Assembly (NCBI GenBank): GCA_035527515.1
Contig: DATLAJ010000057.1
Location: forward strand, 858 to 64,857
DNA from: a bacterium
Lineage (GTDB): Bacteria > B130-G9
Length of the DNA: 64,000 nucleotides
Reading direction: 5' to 3'
A program made the position numbers and the translations under genes. Shown piece by piece: positions 43,893 to 54,939 of this stretch (position 1 is its first letter; each line of letters opens with the position of its first letter). The notes under the pieces were generated by a model. That model had not been told where the DNA came from and ran no database searches. It saw nothing but the letters and a program-made list of their open reading frames with translations.

Positions 43893-45028
43893 GAATCCTT
43901 CAGGTCTATAAAGATTACTGTCCGCCGATATTCGGTGGGATCGAGAAGCATATCGCCCTCTTGTGCAACAGGCTTTCGAGGGTTGCCAATGTCGATGTGC
44001 TGGTCGCGAATCGGGGGTTACGGACTGAACTTGAGGTCATAGACGGCATCGAGGTTACAAAGGTTGGAGAGCTCGGGCGGTTCCTTTCCGCACCGGTCTC
44101 CCTCCCATTTGGCTATTATTTGGGCCGAAAGCGATATGACATCCTTCATTTCCATCTTCCAAATCCAACAGCGGTCATCTCATATCTGATCGTTCGGCCT
44201 ACGGGCAAAGTAGTCGTTACGTGGCACAGCGACATAGTTCGGCAGGCCAAGTTCCTGCCCTTCTATCGGCCATTCTTGGTGAGGTTCTTGCAGGTCTGCG
44301 ATGTGGTCTTGCCCACGTCTGAGCGTTATGCGCGGTCTTCAGCGTATCTTTCGAGCTTCATGACCAAATGCCATCCGATCCCGCTCGGCATCGATGTGTC
44401 TCACTTCTCCCTGACGGATAAGGTCGCCCAGAAGGTCAAGGAGCTGAGAGCGAGATTCGGCGACCGCATAGTCCTATTTGTGGGGCTTCTCCGCTACTAC
44501 AAGGGGCTGAAGTTTCTGATCGATGCGATGCGCCTCGTTGATGCGAGGCTTTTGATTGTCGGCGACGGCCCGATGCGGGCAGAGCTTGAGAGCCACAGCA
44601 GGTCGCACGAGTTGGTCGAGAAGGTCTTTTTTGTGGGCGAGGTTGATGAGGCCAGCCTGCCAGCTTACTACCACAGCTGTGATGTCTTCTGCCTGCCGTC
44701 GATCTACAGGAGCGAGGCGTTTGGGGTGTCGCAGCTTGAGGCGATGGCCTGTGGCAAGCCGGTCGTAAGCACGGCGCTAGATACGGGCGTCGCGGAGGTC
44801 AATCTCGACGGCATCAGTGGTCTTGTTGTGCCGCCGATGGATTCGCAGTCGCTTGCGCGCGCTATTGGTCTGCTCCTATCGGATAAGGCGCTCGCGGCTC
44901 GGTTAGGCGGATTCGCCAAAGCGAGGGTATTGGAACAGTTCACGGCGGACCGAATGGCTCGGTCCGTGCTCTCGATCTACAATCGGCTGCTCATGCAGAA
45001 GCAGTCAGGAGCGGGGGACAGTGTCTAG
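43886..45028 (+). CDS. GT4 family glycosyltransferase (glycosyl transferase group 1).
   Basis: The C-terminal motif reads FVGLLRYYKGLKFLIDAM...FCLPSIYRSEAFGVSQLEAMACGKPVVST, an EX7E-like region. Confidence 0.7.
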   Translation: MLRILQVYKDYCPPIFGGIEKHIALLCNRLSRVANVDVLVANRGLRTELEVIDGIEVTKVGELGRFLSAPVSLPFGYYLGRKRYDILHFHLPNPTAVISYLIVRPTGKVVVTWHSDIVRQAKFLPFYRPFLVRFLQVCDVVLPTSERYARSSAYLSSFMTKCHPIPLGIDVSHFSLTDKVAQKVKELRARFGDRIVLFVGLLRYYKGLKFLIDAMRLVDARLLIVGDGPMRAELESHSRSHELVEKVFFVGEVDEASLPAYYHSCDVFCLPSIYRSEAFGVSQLEAMACGKPVVSTALDTGVAEVNLDGISGLVVPPMDSQSLARAIGLLLSDKALAARLGGFAKARVLEQFTADRMARSVLSIYNRLLMQKQSGAGDSV

Positions 45029-45575
45029 CACCTCCGGGGCGAACCATCAGGTTATTGCCTATGCACTTTTGGTCGTGTCGGCTCTCACTGTCCAGACGGC
45101 GATACTGCATTTCTCGCCGTTTGAGATGGTGTTTGTTGATCTGGGTCTGATAGTTGTCATTTGGACTGGCATGGTCAGAGGGGCACGGGCAGGCATGAGC
45201 GTTGGCTTCATCGCGGGTCTGCTCGAGGATTGCCTTTCTGGCTGTGCGCTAGGCACGAACGCACTTGTGAAGACACTAATTGGTGTATTCTGTGGCCTTC
45301 TGGGCCAGAGACTGCTGCCGAACAGCCCTGTGGCACACCTGCTGGCGCTGTTTACCTGCTCGCTCCTCAACTATATTCTGTTATATGTGCTCCAGATGAC
45401 CGTATCTCCGTCTAGCATCGACCCCGGAAGATTCGCAATGCTGATGATCGCTGGTGTGCTCTCCACAACTGTTCTGGGGATGATCGTTTTCCGGGCTCTT
45501 TCAAAAAATAGGTTCTTCAAGCCTCCCCGCGTCCCGGAGGACGTGATAGACCAGGGCTCGCTAAGTGCCGATTGA
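45021..45575 (+). CDS. mreD: Rod shape-determining protein MreD-like membrane protein.
   Basis: It is a 184-aa polytopic membrane protein immediately upstream of, and overlapping, mrdA-rodA. The hydrophobic pattern matches MreD. No mreBC is found upstream. Confidence 0.45.
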   Translation: MSSTSGANHQVIAYALLVVSALTVQTAILHFSPFEMVFVDLGLIVVIWTGMVRGARAGMSVGFIAGLLEDCLSGCALGTNALVKTLIGVFCGLLGQRLLPNSPVAHLLALFTCSLLNYILLYVLQMTVSPSSIDPGRFAMLMIAGVLSTTVLGMIVFRALSKNRFFKPPRVPEDVIDQGSLSAD

Positions 45576-47382
45576 CCTTGGCGAGGACGCAAGCCTCTTG
45601 AGGCGGCTGCGGCGGAAGTCCGGCCTTGTCTTCATAGCATTCGTCATTTTCTCAACTCTGATAGCTGCCAGGTTGTGGTTCCTTCAAGTAGTGAAGGCTG
45701 ACTACTACGAAGAGTTGAGCGAGCAGAACAGGATACGGATCGTCGTGGACGAGGCGCTGAGGGGATTGATTCTCGATAGAGAAGGACGGCAATTGGTGGG
45801 CAACAGGCCGTCATTCGACGTTCTTGTCGATAGCGTTCGCCGCGCTGCCCTTGATAGTTTGAAGGCGTTCTCGCGAATGGCGGGAATACCTGAGCACAAC
45901 ATCGTCCAAGTCTCTCGAGGCAAGATGCGTGGACACACCGTTAGGGCCGTGCAAGATGTTAGTTTCAAGGCCCTCTCCGTTCTCGAGGAGCACAGGGTTG
46001 ACCTCCCTGGCCTTGAGGTAGCGATTCGGCCCAAGCGGCGCTTCATAGACCCCACGCTTGCGTGTCATCTCGTCGGATACCTGGGTGAGGCAACCAAGGC
46101 CGAGATAGAGCGGTCCGGGGGCCGCATCAAGCTGGGAGACAAAATGGGACGCTCAGGTATCGAGCTTTTCATGGATGAATGCTTGAGGGGCTCCGATGGG
46201 CGGCGCCTGGTGGAGACGAACGCAATGGGTCGGATTCTGAGGACACTTAAACGGGCGGAGGTGCCCGTTGCCGGCAGCAACGTCGTTCTCACCTTGGACT
46301 TGGAGCTTCAATCCGCGATTGAAAAGCTCTTTGATGCTAAGAAGGGTGCTGTTGTTGTGATGAACCCGAGGACAGGAGGGATTCTGGCCATGGTCTCCAG
46401 GCCCGCGTTCGACCTTGCCGCCTTCGAGTGTCAGATATCCCCGGACGATTGGCAAAAACTGAGGGACGATCCGGATGCGCCCATGAACAACAGATGTGTT
46501 GCAGGTCAGTATCCCCCGGGCTCCACGTTCAAAGTCTTCGTGGGCCTCGCCGCGCTTCAGTCACAAGCCATAACGACGGATGACCAGTTTGAGTGCACAG
46601 GCGTGATGAAATTGGGCGACGGGGAGTTTCATTGCTGGAAGAAGGAGGGGCACGGGGAGCTCTCAATCAGCCCTGCCATCGTCCATTCGTGCAACATATT
46701 CTTCTATAAAACTGCGCTTGCATGCGGGATAGGCCCCATTGCCAACATGGCGAGAGAGTTTGGGTTTGGAAGCCCGACCGGCCTCGAGGTCTTGCACGAG
46801 CGAGGCGGATACATCCCGACTGCCCAAGATTTCCTAAACTATTGGCCGGGCGACGTCGTCGCGGCCTCGATTGGGCAGGGGAGGATTCTGGTAACGCCTC
46901 TGCAAATGGCGGTCGCGTTGTGCGCCCTTGTCAACGGAGGACATGTCCTCAGGCCGTTTGTCGTCTGGCGCACGGAGTCCCCGGACGGAGAGGTTCTCAA
47001 GCGGTTCGGGCCGCGCGTCGTGGGTCATGTCTCGGTTGATGCACGATACATCAAGCTAGTTCGGGACGCGCTGTTCGGCGTCGTCAACCGGCAGGGAGGG
47101 ACAGGCTGGCGAGCGAGGCTGGATTTCCCGAAAATAGCGGGCAAAACTGGCACCGCCCAGGTTGTTCAGCGAGTTGACGACGAGGAGACGATTCTCGAGG
47201 ACATACCCTACGACAGACGGCCTCATTCGTGGTTTATGGGATATGCCCCGGCGGATGAGCCCGAGATAGCCTTCGCTGTCTTGGTCGAACATGGTGGCGC
47301 AGGAGGCCAAGCGGCTGCGGTCTTAGCCAAGAAGATCGTTGCTGCGGCGTTTCGGGAGTATGATTTGGAGGGCGAGCACTGA
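45565..47382 (+). CDS. mrdA: Penicillin-binding protein 2 (peptidoglycan D,D-transpeptidase).
   Basis: The STFK, SCN and KTGTA motifs are present, with an N-terminal TM segment and a PBP dimerisation domain. Confidence 0.85.
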   Translation: MPIDLGEDASLLRRLRRKSGLVFIAFVIFSTLIAARLWFLQVVKADYYEELSEQNRIRIVVDEALRGLILDREGRQLVGNRPSFDVLVDSVRRAALDSLKAFSRMAGIPEHNIVQVSRGKMRGHTVRAVQDVSFKALSVLEEHRVDLPGLEVAIRPKRRFIDPTLACHLVGYLGEATKAEIERSGGRIKLGDKMGRSGIELFMDECLRGSDGRRLVETNAMGRILRTLKRAEVPVAGSNVVLTLDLELQSAIEKLFDAKKGAVVVMNPRTGGILAMVSRPAFDLAAFECQISPDDWQKLRDDPDAPMNNRCVAGQYPPGSTFKVFVGLAALQSQAITTDDQFECTGVMKLGDGEFHCWKKEGHGELSISPAIVHSCNIFFYKTALACGIGPIANMAREFGFGSPTGLEVLHERGGYIPTAQDFLNYWPGDVVAASIGQGRILVTPLQMAVALCALVNGGHVLRPFVVWRTESPDGEVLKRFGPRVVGHVSVDARYIKLVRDALFGVVNRQGGTGWRARLDFPKIAGKTGTAQVVQRVDDEETILEDIPYDRRPHSWFMGYAPADEPEIAFAVLVEHGGAGGQAAAVLAKKIVAAAFREYDLEGEH

Positions 47383-47415
47383 GACGAGTGAGTTGGAACG
47401 TGGGACTTTGGTTTA

Positions 47416-48510
47416 GTGTTAGATAGACGCCTCGTCCAGAACATCAATTGGTGGCTGGTACTGGTTGCTGTGGCGCTCTCCCTAATTGGGGTCGCGACGA
47501 TCTACGCGGCGACCAGCGACGTCGAATCGCAGGCAAACATGGCTTACAGGAGCCAGATAAGGTGGCTTGTGTTGGGTCTAGTAGCCATGACGGTTACGAT
47601 GTTCGTGGATTACAATCGCCTGATAAAGGCCGCATATCAGATCCAACTTGCCGCCTCGCTAGTTCTCGTCGCTGTCCTCCTGTTTGCAGAACCGATCGCG
47701 GGCTCCAAACGATGGCTCGACCTCGGCTTTGTGAAGTTTCAGCCGTCCGAGCTCGCCAAGATCACCACTGTCCTCGCACTTGTGAAGCTGTTCTCATCGG
47801 AGCGACTACGCGGGCGCCCCTGGCTACAGATACTCGGAGGCCTCGTCATTGTGGCAGTGCCCGCCGCACTCATCGTCAAGCAGCCCGACTTCGGCACCGC
47901 AGTAACTTTCCTCATACCGTTCATCGTCTTGGCGTTCGTGGCGCAGCGCCGCCTCTGGCCTATCATTTTCACAGTTCTCGCTGGGGCGTTGTCGGCCTTA
48001 CCGGGCTGGTTCTTTCTCAAGCACTACCAGCGCCGGCGCATCATCGCATTCATAGACCCCTCCTACGACGAACTCGGGTCAGGCTACCAGGCGATACAGT
48101 CCAAGATAGCAGTCGGGTCGGGCGGTGTGGTCGGGAAGGGGTTTGGCAAGAGCACTCAGGTCAGGCTCCACTTTCTACCCGCGCAGCACACTGACTTCGT
48201 CTTCTCGGTGCACGCTGAGGAGCAGGGCTTTCTTGGCTCCCTACTCGTGGTCGGGCTCTTCATGTTACTTGTGGGGATCGCCTTCTCCATCGCGAGGCAC
48301 GCCAAGAACCGAGCCGGACTACTGCTGGCAGTCGGCTGCGCCTCGTTGATCGCAGGGCAGTTTCTCGTCAACGTCGCGATGGTCATAGGCGTTCTGCCGA
48401 TAACCGGCCTTCCATTGCCCTTCATGAGCTACGGCGGCTCGTCGCTTACTGCTCTGTTTGTCATGCTTGGCCTCCTAGAGAGCGTTCAGATGCGCAGGTT
48501 CGCCTTCTAA
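47416..48510 (+). CDS. rodA: Peptidoglycan glycosyltransferase RodA (SEDS family).
   Basis: The N-terminus is INWWLVLVAVALSLIGVATIY. It has 10 TM helices and the C-terminal PLPFMSYGGSS motif. Confidence 0.85.
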   Translation: MLDRRLVQNINWWLVLVAVALSLIGVATIYAATSDVESQANMAYRSQIRWLVLGLVAMTVTMFVDYNRLIKAAYQIQLAASLVLVAVLLFAEPIAGSKRWLDLGFVKFQPSELAKITTVLALVKLFSSERLRGRPWLQILGGLVIVAVPAALIVKQPDFGTAVTFLIPFIVLAFVAQRRLWPIIFTVLAGALSALPGWFFLKHYQRRRIIAFIDPSYDELGSGYQAIQSKIAVGSGGVVGKGFGKSTQVRLHFLPAQHTDFVFSVHAEEQGFLGSLLVVGLFMLLVGIAFSIARHAKNRAGLLLAVGCASLIAGQFLVNVAMVIGVLPITGLPLPFMSYGGSSLTALFVMLGLLESVQMRRFAF

Positions 48511-48571
48511 GAGCTGCGCCATGTCCAGGCGCCATGCAAGAACCTGGATACAAAAACGCCCGATTGCGCGG

Positions 48572-48880
48572 TCAGGTTGTCTGCGCCTCGATATCTTGCC
48601 GCATAGCGTCGAGAATCTCCGCCAGTGCGTCTCCGGCCTCAGGAGCACCAATCCCATACGACTTCAGAATGGCGCGGGCCTCGTCGTGATAGCCGCTTGT
48701 GGCCGGTGCGAGGTCTTCGATCGTCTCGACCAGACGCGACACGAGCGCGATGCGCCTCGCCAGGAATGCGTCTGCGCCGAGCGCCTGATGTGTGAGAAAC
48801 TGCCAGTGCCCCCTAAAGCTCCTCCACTCGTCAATCGCATCGTCGATCTTATTGAGAGCGTCCCGCGGATCATTGGGCAT
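48572..48880 (-). CDS. Hypothetical small protein.
   Basis: It is a 102-aa ORF on the opposite strand between rodA and the wbqC-like gene. No motif was recognised. Confidence 0.2.
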   Translation of the reverse strand: MPNDPRDALNKIDDAIDEWRSFRGHWQFLTHQALGADAFLARRIALVSRLVETIEDLAPATSGYHDEARAILKSYGIGAPEAGDALAEILDAMRQDIEAQTT

Positions 48881-48981
48881 AATAGTCTCTTTTTACCGGT
48901 TTTAAGTTCAGAGCACAATAAGAAGCGCTCGGCCAGCAAATCCTGTTGACCATCACCGGCGCAGCACATAACCTAAGTTGC

Positions 48982-49704
48982 ATGAGGGCTGTGATACTCC
49001 AGCCGGGATATCTGCCTTGGATAGGCTTTTTTGACCTGGCGGCGAAATCGGACATCTTCGTGATCTTGGACTGCGTCCAGTTCGACAAGCGCTCGTGGCG
49101 CAACCGTAATCGGATTCGGACGGAGACGGGCTGGCAGTGGTTAACTGTGCCGGTGCTAACGAAGGGCAGGTTCACGCAGCGTGTTGACGAGACGATGATC
49201 GACAACACGCGGAATTGGGCGCACAAGCACCTCGCTGCGATCAGGACCTGCTATGCGAGGGCGCCCTATCTGAAGGAGTTTTGGCCGCTGCTTGACGAGG
49301 CGCTCGGCCGGAAGTGGGCCAGATTGCTGGACCTCGACATGTATCTAATCAAGATGCTCGACCGTGCTTTTGAGCTGGGCACGAACTACGTGATGGCGTC
49401 AACCTTATCGCCGGCCGACAAGAAGGCGGACCTGATCCTTGAGATATGCAAGATGGTTGGCGCTGACCACTACCTGAACGGGGACATGGGACGCACATAC
49501 CTGGCGCCTGAGCCGTTTGAGGCCAACGAGATCAAGCTGGAGTTTCACAATTACACGCATCCGATCTATCGTCAGTGTTATGATGGTTTCGAGTCGCACA
49601 TGTCGGCCATTGACCTGCTCTTGAACTGCGGCGCAGATGCAACGCAATACCTCCTGAGGCCAGATGAGGCGCCAGAAGAACGTGTTATAGGTCCCGCGAG
49701 GTGA
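48982..49704 (+). CDS. WbqC-like family protein.
   Basis: The sequence MRAVILQPGYLPWIGFFDL...FVILDCVQFDKRSWRNRNRIRTETGWQWLTVPV is a canonical WbqC N-terminus. Confidence 0.7.
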   Translation: MRAVILQPGYLPWIGFFDLAAKSDIFVILDCVQFDKRSWRNRNRIRTETGWQWLTVPVLTKGRFTQRVDETMIDNTRNWAHKHLAAIRTCYARAPYLKEFWPLLDEALGRKWARLLDLDMYLIKMLDRAFELGTNYVMASTLSPADKKADLILEICKMVGADHYLNGDMGRTYLAPEPFEANEIKLEFHNYTHPIYRQCYDGFESHMSAIDLLLNCGADATQYLLRPDEAPEERVIGPAR

Positions 49705-51233
49705 CGAAGTTCAAGGTCTGTCTGGTTGCTCTTTACAACACCGAGCTCTCGGGCGTTCGATACATTCATTCGTTGTTGAAGTCGAAGGGGTTTGACGCCT
49801 CGATCATTTTCTTCAAGCGGCTGAACATAAACGACGGAACGCCTCCGACCGACAAGGAGCTTGCGCTGTTCACCGGCCTTCTCGCGCGCATCAAGCCGGA
49901 CCTTTTGGGCATCAGCATCGGGTGCTCGACGTTCCGCAACACGGCGGTCGAGCTGACCAAGCGAGCCCGAAGCGAGGTAAATTGCCCTATCGTCTGGGGA
50001 GGCGTGCACGTAACAGTTACCGCGGACCGGACGCTTTCAGAGCACGACATGCTCGTGATCGGCGAGGGCGAGGGCGCTATGCTCGATCTCTCGCAGCGGC
50101 TCGAAAGCGGCGAGAGCATAGCTGACATCAAGAACTTATGGCTTAGGCAGAACGGCAGCGAGGTAAAGAATCCTGTCCGGCCACCGATTCAGGACCTCGA
50201 CTCGCTTCCATTCCACGACTTCACGAATGACGGCAAGTTTTTTATTAACGCCGACCAGCTGTTTGAGTTCGACCCGCTCGTTAAGGAACACGATCTCTAC
50301 CAGATAATGACTACCCGCGGCTGCCCGTTTGACTGCACATACTGCGCAAACAGCGTCTATCACCGCCTTTACAAGGGGATGGGCAAGACCGTCCGCACGC
50401 GGTCTGTCCCGAACGTGATAGAAGAGCTCAACTACGCCCTGGAGATGCTGCCCGAGATAAAACAGATCGCCTTCTACGATGATGTGTTTGGATTGGACCT
50501 TGATTGGACGCGGGAGTTTTGCGAGCAATACAAGGCCAAGGTCGGCATTCCATACTGGGTCTATGTCCACCCTAAGACCGTAACGGAGGAGCTCGTCCGG
50601 ATGCTCAAGGACAGCGGCCTCGTTTACGCGGACATGGGCGTTCAGAGTGGCTCGCAGCGTGTTCGGAACCAATACTTCAAGCGGATGGACACGAACGAGG
50701 ACGTTCAGAGAGCTATGTCCATCCTCAGCAAGCTGAAGGTTAAACCGCGGCTTGATTTCATCATGGACAACCCTTTCGAGAACTCCCAGGACAAGCAGGA
50801 GATGCTCGACCTTCTCTTGAGCTTCAAACGCCCGTTCGAGTTTCGCCTTTATTCGCTGGCCTATTTCCCCGGCGTTGAGCTGACGCAGATGGCGCTAGAC
50901 CGCAGTTTCATAACGGAAAGCGACGTCGAAGATATCGCCTGCAAGACCATGACCCAGTGGTTCGTCTCGTCCAATTTCAAACGCTCCAAGGAGGACGTCT
51001 TCTTCAACAGCCTCGTCTCTTTGACGGGCAAGTCCTTCGTGCCCAGGTCTCTCATCCGCGCTCTTTCCAGGGTTAGCCTGCTGCGACAATTCCCCACGCC
51101 TCTGGTCATTCTATCGACGGTCGCAAACGTGATCCGCTTCTTCTGGACTGGGACGAAACTTGCTCTGAAGGGCGAGGTCTCCTTTGCGATGATCAGAAAG
51201 CACGTCAAGTTCGTTCTCACCGTCAACAGATGA
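49701..51233 (+). CDS. B12-binding domain radical SAM protein.
   Basis: The N-terminal cobalamin-binding region is followed by the CPFDCTYCAN (CxxxCxxC) motif. The GTG start overlaps the wbqC-like stop. Confidence 0.7.
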   Translation: MTKFKVCLVALYNTELSGVRYIHSLLKSKGFDASIIFFKRLNINDGTPPTDKELALFTGLLARIKPDLLGISIGCSTFRNTAVELTKRARSEVNCPIVWGGVHVTVTADRTLSEHDMLVIGEGEGAMLDLSQRLESGESIADIKNLWLRQNGSEVKNPVRPPIQDLDSLPFHDFTNDGKFFINADQLFEFDPLVKEHDLYQIMTTRGCPFDCTYCANSVYHRLYKGMGKTVRTRSVPNVIEELNYALEMLPEIKQIAFYDDVFGLDLDWTREFCEQYKAKVGIPYWVYVHPKTVTEELVRMLKDSGLVYADMGVQSGSQRVRNQYFKRMDTNEDVQRAMSILSKLKVKPRLDFIMDNPFENSQDKQEMLDLLLSFKRPFEFRLYSLAYFPGVELTQMALDRSFITESDVEDIACKTMTQWFVSSNFKRSKEDVFFNSLVSLTGKSFVPRSLIRALSRVSLLRQFPTPLVILSTVANVIRFFWTGTKLALKGEVSFAMIRKHVKFVLTVNR

Positions 51234-51357
51234 CGGCTGAAGTGGTCTTATGTCCCTTAGCAGTTCGGAGTTGCCGTTTGTGCCTGCAAAGCCTCTTGGC
51301 AGAGGTGTGGGTCTTTTTTCTATTCCGAAGTTCTGACTGAGTTAGGGGGATCTAGTA

Positions 51358-54300
51358 TTGAATAAGCAGTTCGTTCACCTTCACGTCCACACAGATTACA
51401 GCGTCCTCGACGGGATGTGCGCAATCGACAAGCTCGTCAGCAAGGCGCTAGAGTGGAAGATGCCCGCAATCGCGATAACAGACCACGGCAACCTGTTCGG
51501 GGCGATCGAGTTTTATCAGGCATGCACCGCCGCTGGCATAAAGCCGATAATCGGCTGTGAGGTCTATGTTGCGCCTCGTGGGATGTCGGACCGGGACAGC
51601 CAGATGGACAGGCAGACCGAGACCTCGCACCTTGTGCTCTTGGCGAGGGACTTCGAGGGTTACCTGAACCTCGCCAAGCTCTCATCCGAGGCATACATCA
51701 ACGGCTTTTTTTACAAACCCAGGATCGATAAGAGGCTATTGGAGCAGCACTCATCGGGGCTAATTGGGCTCGCCGCCTGCGCCAAGGGCGAGGTGAGTCG
51801 GTTTCTCAAGCGCAGCGAGCACAGCAAGGCGCGGGCGGCCGCGGCCTACTATCAAGACCTCTTCGGCCCGGGCAACTTCTTCATCGAGATAATGAATAAC
51901 TGCGCCGTTCAGAGGGAGCTGATGGGCCGGCAGGTCGCGCTGGCAAGGGAGATGAACATCCCGCTGGTTGCGACGAACGACTGCCATTACGTTGAGAAGA
52001 ACGACGCCAGGGCCCACGATGCTCTGCTTGCATTGCAGCAGAAGAAGAAGGTCGTGGACGAGGACCGGCTCAAGTTCCCGACCGAGGAGTTCTACTTCAA
52101 GTCGCCGGGGCAGATGTTTAGCGAGTTCGCGGAGTTTGCTGATGCTCTTGAGAACACGGTGCGGGTGGCCGAGATGTGTGAGGATAACATCCTGGCGCCG
52201 GCATTGGGCCGGTATCTCACGCCGGAGTTCAAGGTCCCCAACAGCTATGATCTCGACAGCTATCTAGTGCATCTGGTGAGCGACGGCCTGAACAGAAGAT
52301 TGGCTGCGCAGAAGGAGCGGATGAGCGCGGAGGAGCTCGAGCGACTCGCAAGAGAATATCGCGAGCGCCTTGAGATGGAGATGGGCGTGATACGTGAGAC
52401 CAAGTTTGCTGGCTATTTTCTGATCGTCTGGGATTTTATTCGTTTCGCTCGCGAGCAAGGCATCTCGGTTGGCCCTGGCCGAGGCTCTGCTGTTGGCAGC
52501 CTGGTCTGTTACTGTCTTGGCATCACCGACATCGACCCGATCAAGTATGGCCTGTTGTTCGAGCGCTTCCTGAACCCGGAGCGGATCGGGATGCCGGACA
52601 TTGACATCGATCTCTGTCAGGAGCGTCGGGAGGAGGTTTTCAAGTACCTTCGAGACAAGTATGGCGAGCAAAACGTGGCACAGATAATCGTGTTCCACAA
52701 GTTCAAGACCGATTCGGTGATCTTGGACATGGCGCGGGTGCTATCGATCCCTTCTCAGAAGGCAAGCCTTGTCAAATCACTTATCCCGCCGGGCATGAAG
52801 TTGGAGGACGCCATTGAACAGGTGCCAGGCCTTGAGGCCTCGATGAGGGAGGACCCGCAGGTAGCCCAGCTAGTCGATATGGGGCGGAGGCTAGATGGCC
52901 TGACGAGGCACGTTGGCAAACACGCCTGCGGCGTCGTCATCTCGCCCAAGCCGCTCTCGGAGACCATCCCGCTCTATAAGCCATCGGATAAAGACGAGAT
53001 AATGACGCAGTTCCACATGGAATCGATCGGGGAGCTTGGGCTTCTGAAGATGGACCTCTTGGGGCTGAAGACACTAACCATGATCACAAGGTGTGTCGCC
53101 CTGGTCGAGGAGAGCCGTGGTATCAAGATCGACATCACTCAGATTCCGCTCGACGACAAGGACACGCTCGGGCTCTTTGTGTCGGCCGACACTATGGGGG
53201 TGTTCCAGTTCGAGAGCTCCAGCATGAGAAACCTTCTGAAACAAATAAAGCCAGATTGCTTCGAGGACCTCGTCGCCTGCAATGCTCTTCATCGCCCCGG
53301 CCCCATGAAGTCCGGGATGGTTGAGGATTACGCAGAGCGCAAACATCGCCGGCAGAAGATCGACTACCTGGGGTTTGACCAGCTGAAGGATGTCCTGGCC
53401 GAGACGAACGGCGTTGTTGTCTATCAGGAGCAGGCAATGCTCATCTCCAACGTGATCGCTGGTTTCACCTATGGTCAGGCGGACGTACTCCGCAGGGCAA
53501 TGGGCAAGAAGAAGATGAAGGAGATGGAGTCGATGCGCAAGAAGTTCGTCTCTGGCGCCGTGGAGCGCGGGACGGACGAGAGGCGCGCTGACAAGCTGTT
53601 CGACCTTTTGGCTGGCTTTGCCGAATACGGCTTCAACAAGTCTCACTCGACAGCCTACGCCTACCTCGCCTATCAGTGCGCCTACCTAAAGGCGCACTAT
53701 CTCCCTGAGTTCGTGGCGGGCATCCTGAGCATCAACCGCGGCGACTATGCATCCTTGCGCTCAAAGCTGGCCGAGCGCCGCGGGCTGGGCATAACGCTTC
53801 TTCCGCCGGACATCAACAGAAGCAAGGCCGACTTCTCGGTCGTCGAGGGCTCGATCCTCTTTGGCCTATCCGCTATCAAGGGGATCGGCCAGGGAGTCGT
53901 CTCGGAGATTATCGCCGCCCGCGATGAGGCCGGCCCGTTCAAGTCAATGATCGATTTCTGCAAGAGAGCGCCTCAAGGGGTTGCTAAGCGGAACGTCCTT
54001 GAGAGGCTCATTCAGGCCGGCGCCCTTGACAGTTTCGGGCTATCGAGAGCGCAGCACACAAAGATGATTGACGCCGCGCTGAGCCTTACCGCGGCGTCCC
54101 GCGACGAGCAGGAGAGTGGGCAGCAGACGCTCTTTGGTGGGATGCAGGTCGGAGCTAAGGACGCGTCGGAGATCGCTCCGCCAGAGGTCCCGGATTGGGA
54201 TATTGACGAGCTTCTCGCCAAGGAGCACCAGGTGCTGGAGGCGTATCTCTCTGGCCACCCCCTGGAGAGATATGCCTCGCTCCTCAAGAAGTTCACGGTG

Positions 54301-54873
54301 CGGCCGATAACGGAGGTTATCGAAAACGCCGGGTCGCTCAAGCCGGGCGAACGTGTTCGACTTGCGGGCGTGGTCATCGAGAAGACTATCAAGACGACGA
54401 GAAACAAGGAGAGAATGGCCATCGTGCTCGTTGAAGACCTCACTGGTCTGTTCCGGGTCGTGGTTTTCCCCAACCTTTACAGGCAGATAGCGGGGCGCTT
54501 AAGCGAATCGGTTCCGCTGTCCATAACCGGGACAGTGAAGGTCGGGAGCTCTGAGAACGATGAGGGCGACACTGTCGAGATATTCGCCGACGAGATATTC
54601 CCGCTGGATAGGCTTAGAGAGCGGTTCCTCCAGGAGATAAGAGTCAAGCTCACATCGCGGCTTGTCAATCAAGAGCAGCTGAGGCTTTTGCAGGATGTCG
54701 TCAGGAGCTACCCCGGCCAGTGCGCCTTGTCCATTCAGATGGAGCAGCTCGAGAGCAACGGGATCGATTCAGTCGTCATCCTGACCGGCGAGAGCTATCG
54801 CGTCTCACCGTCCGAGGCGTTCCTCGAGCGGCTCAAAGGTATTGGCTCGGTCATTGAGACCATCGAGATATAA
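51358..54873 (+). CDS. dnaE: DNA polymerase III alpha subunit.
   Basis: The PHP domain is HLHVHTDYSVLDG. The polymerase core motifs GRGSAVGSLVCYCLGITDIDP and PDIDIDL are present, and there is an OB-fold tail. The protein is 1171 aa. Confidence 0.9.
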   Translation: MNKQFVHLHVHTDYSVLDGMCAIDKLVSKALEWKMPAIAITDHGNLFGAIEFYQACTAAGIKPIIGCEVYVAPRGMSDRDSQMDRQTETSHLVLLARDFEGYLNLAKLSSEAYINGFFYKPRIDKRLLEQHSSGLIGLAACAKGEVSRFLKRSEHSKARAAAAYYQDLFGPGNFFIEIMNNCAVQRELMGRQVALAREMNIPLVATNDCHYVEKNDARAHDALLALQQKKKVVDEDRLKFPTEEFYFKSPGQMFSEFAEFADALENTVRVAEMCEDNILAPALGRYLTPEFKVPNSYDLDSYLVHLVSDGLNRRLAAQKERMSAEELERLAREYRERLEMEMGVIRETKFAGYFLIVWDFIRFAREQGISVGPGRGSAVGSLVCYCLGITDIDPIKYGLLFERFLNPERIGMPDIDIDLCQERREEVFKYLRDKYGEQNVAQIIVFHKFKTDSVILDMARVLSIPSQKASLVKSLIPPGMKLEDAIEQVPGLEASMREDPQVAQLVDMGRRLDGLTRHVGKHACGVVISPKPLSETIPLYKPSDKDEIMTQFHMESIGELGLLKMDLLGLKTLTMITRCVALVEESRGIKIDITQIPLDDKDTLGLFVSADTMGVFQFESSSMRNLLKQIKPDCFEDLVACNALHRPGPMKSGMVEDYAERKHRRQKIDYLGFDQLKDVLAETNGVVVYQEQAMLISNVIAGFTYGQADVLRRAMGKKKMKEMESMRKKFVSGAVERGTDERRADKLFDLLAGFAEYGFNKSHSTAYAYLAYQCAYLKAHYLPEFVAGILSINRGDYASLRSKLAERRGLGITLLPPDINRSKADFSVVEGSILFGLSAIKGIGQGVVSEIIAARDEAGPFKSMIDFCKRAPQGVAKRNVLERLIQAGALDSFGLSRAQHTKMIDAALSLTAASRDEQESGQQTLFGGMQVGAKDASEIAPPEVPDWDIDELLAKEHQVLEAYLSGHPLERYASLLKKFTVRPITEVIENAGSLKPGERVRLAGVVIEKTIKTTRNKERMAIVLVEDLTGLFRVVVFPNLYRQIAGRLSESVPLSITGTVKVGSSENDEGDTVEIFADEIFPLDRLRERFLQEIRVKLTSRLVNQEQLRLLQDVVRSYPGQCALSIQMEQLESNGIDSVVILTGESYRVSPSEAFLERLKGIGSVIETIEI

Positions 54874-54939
54874 CGCCGAATTAGCATTCCCGGCCGCGCA
54901 CCGCACCTTGCGGGTCGCTCATCTGCTACGGGCGCTGGC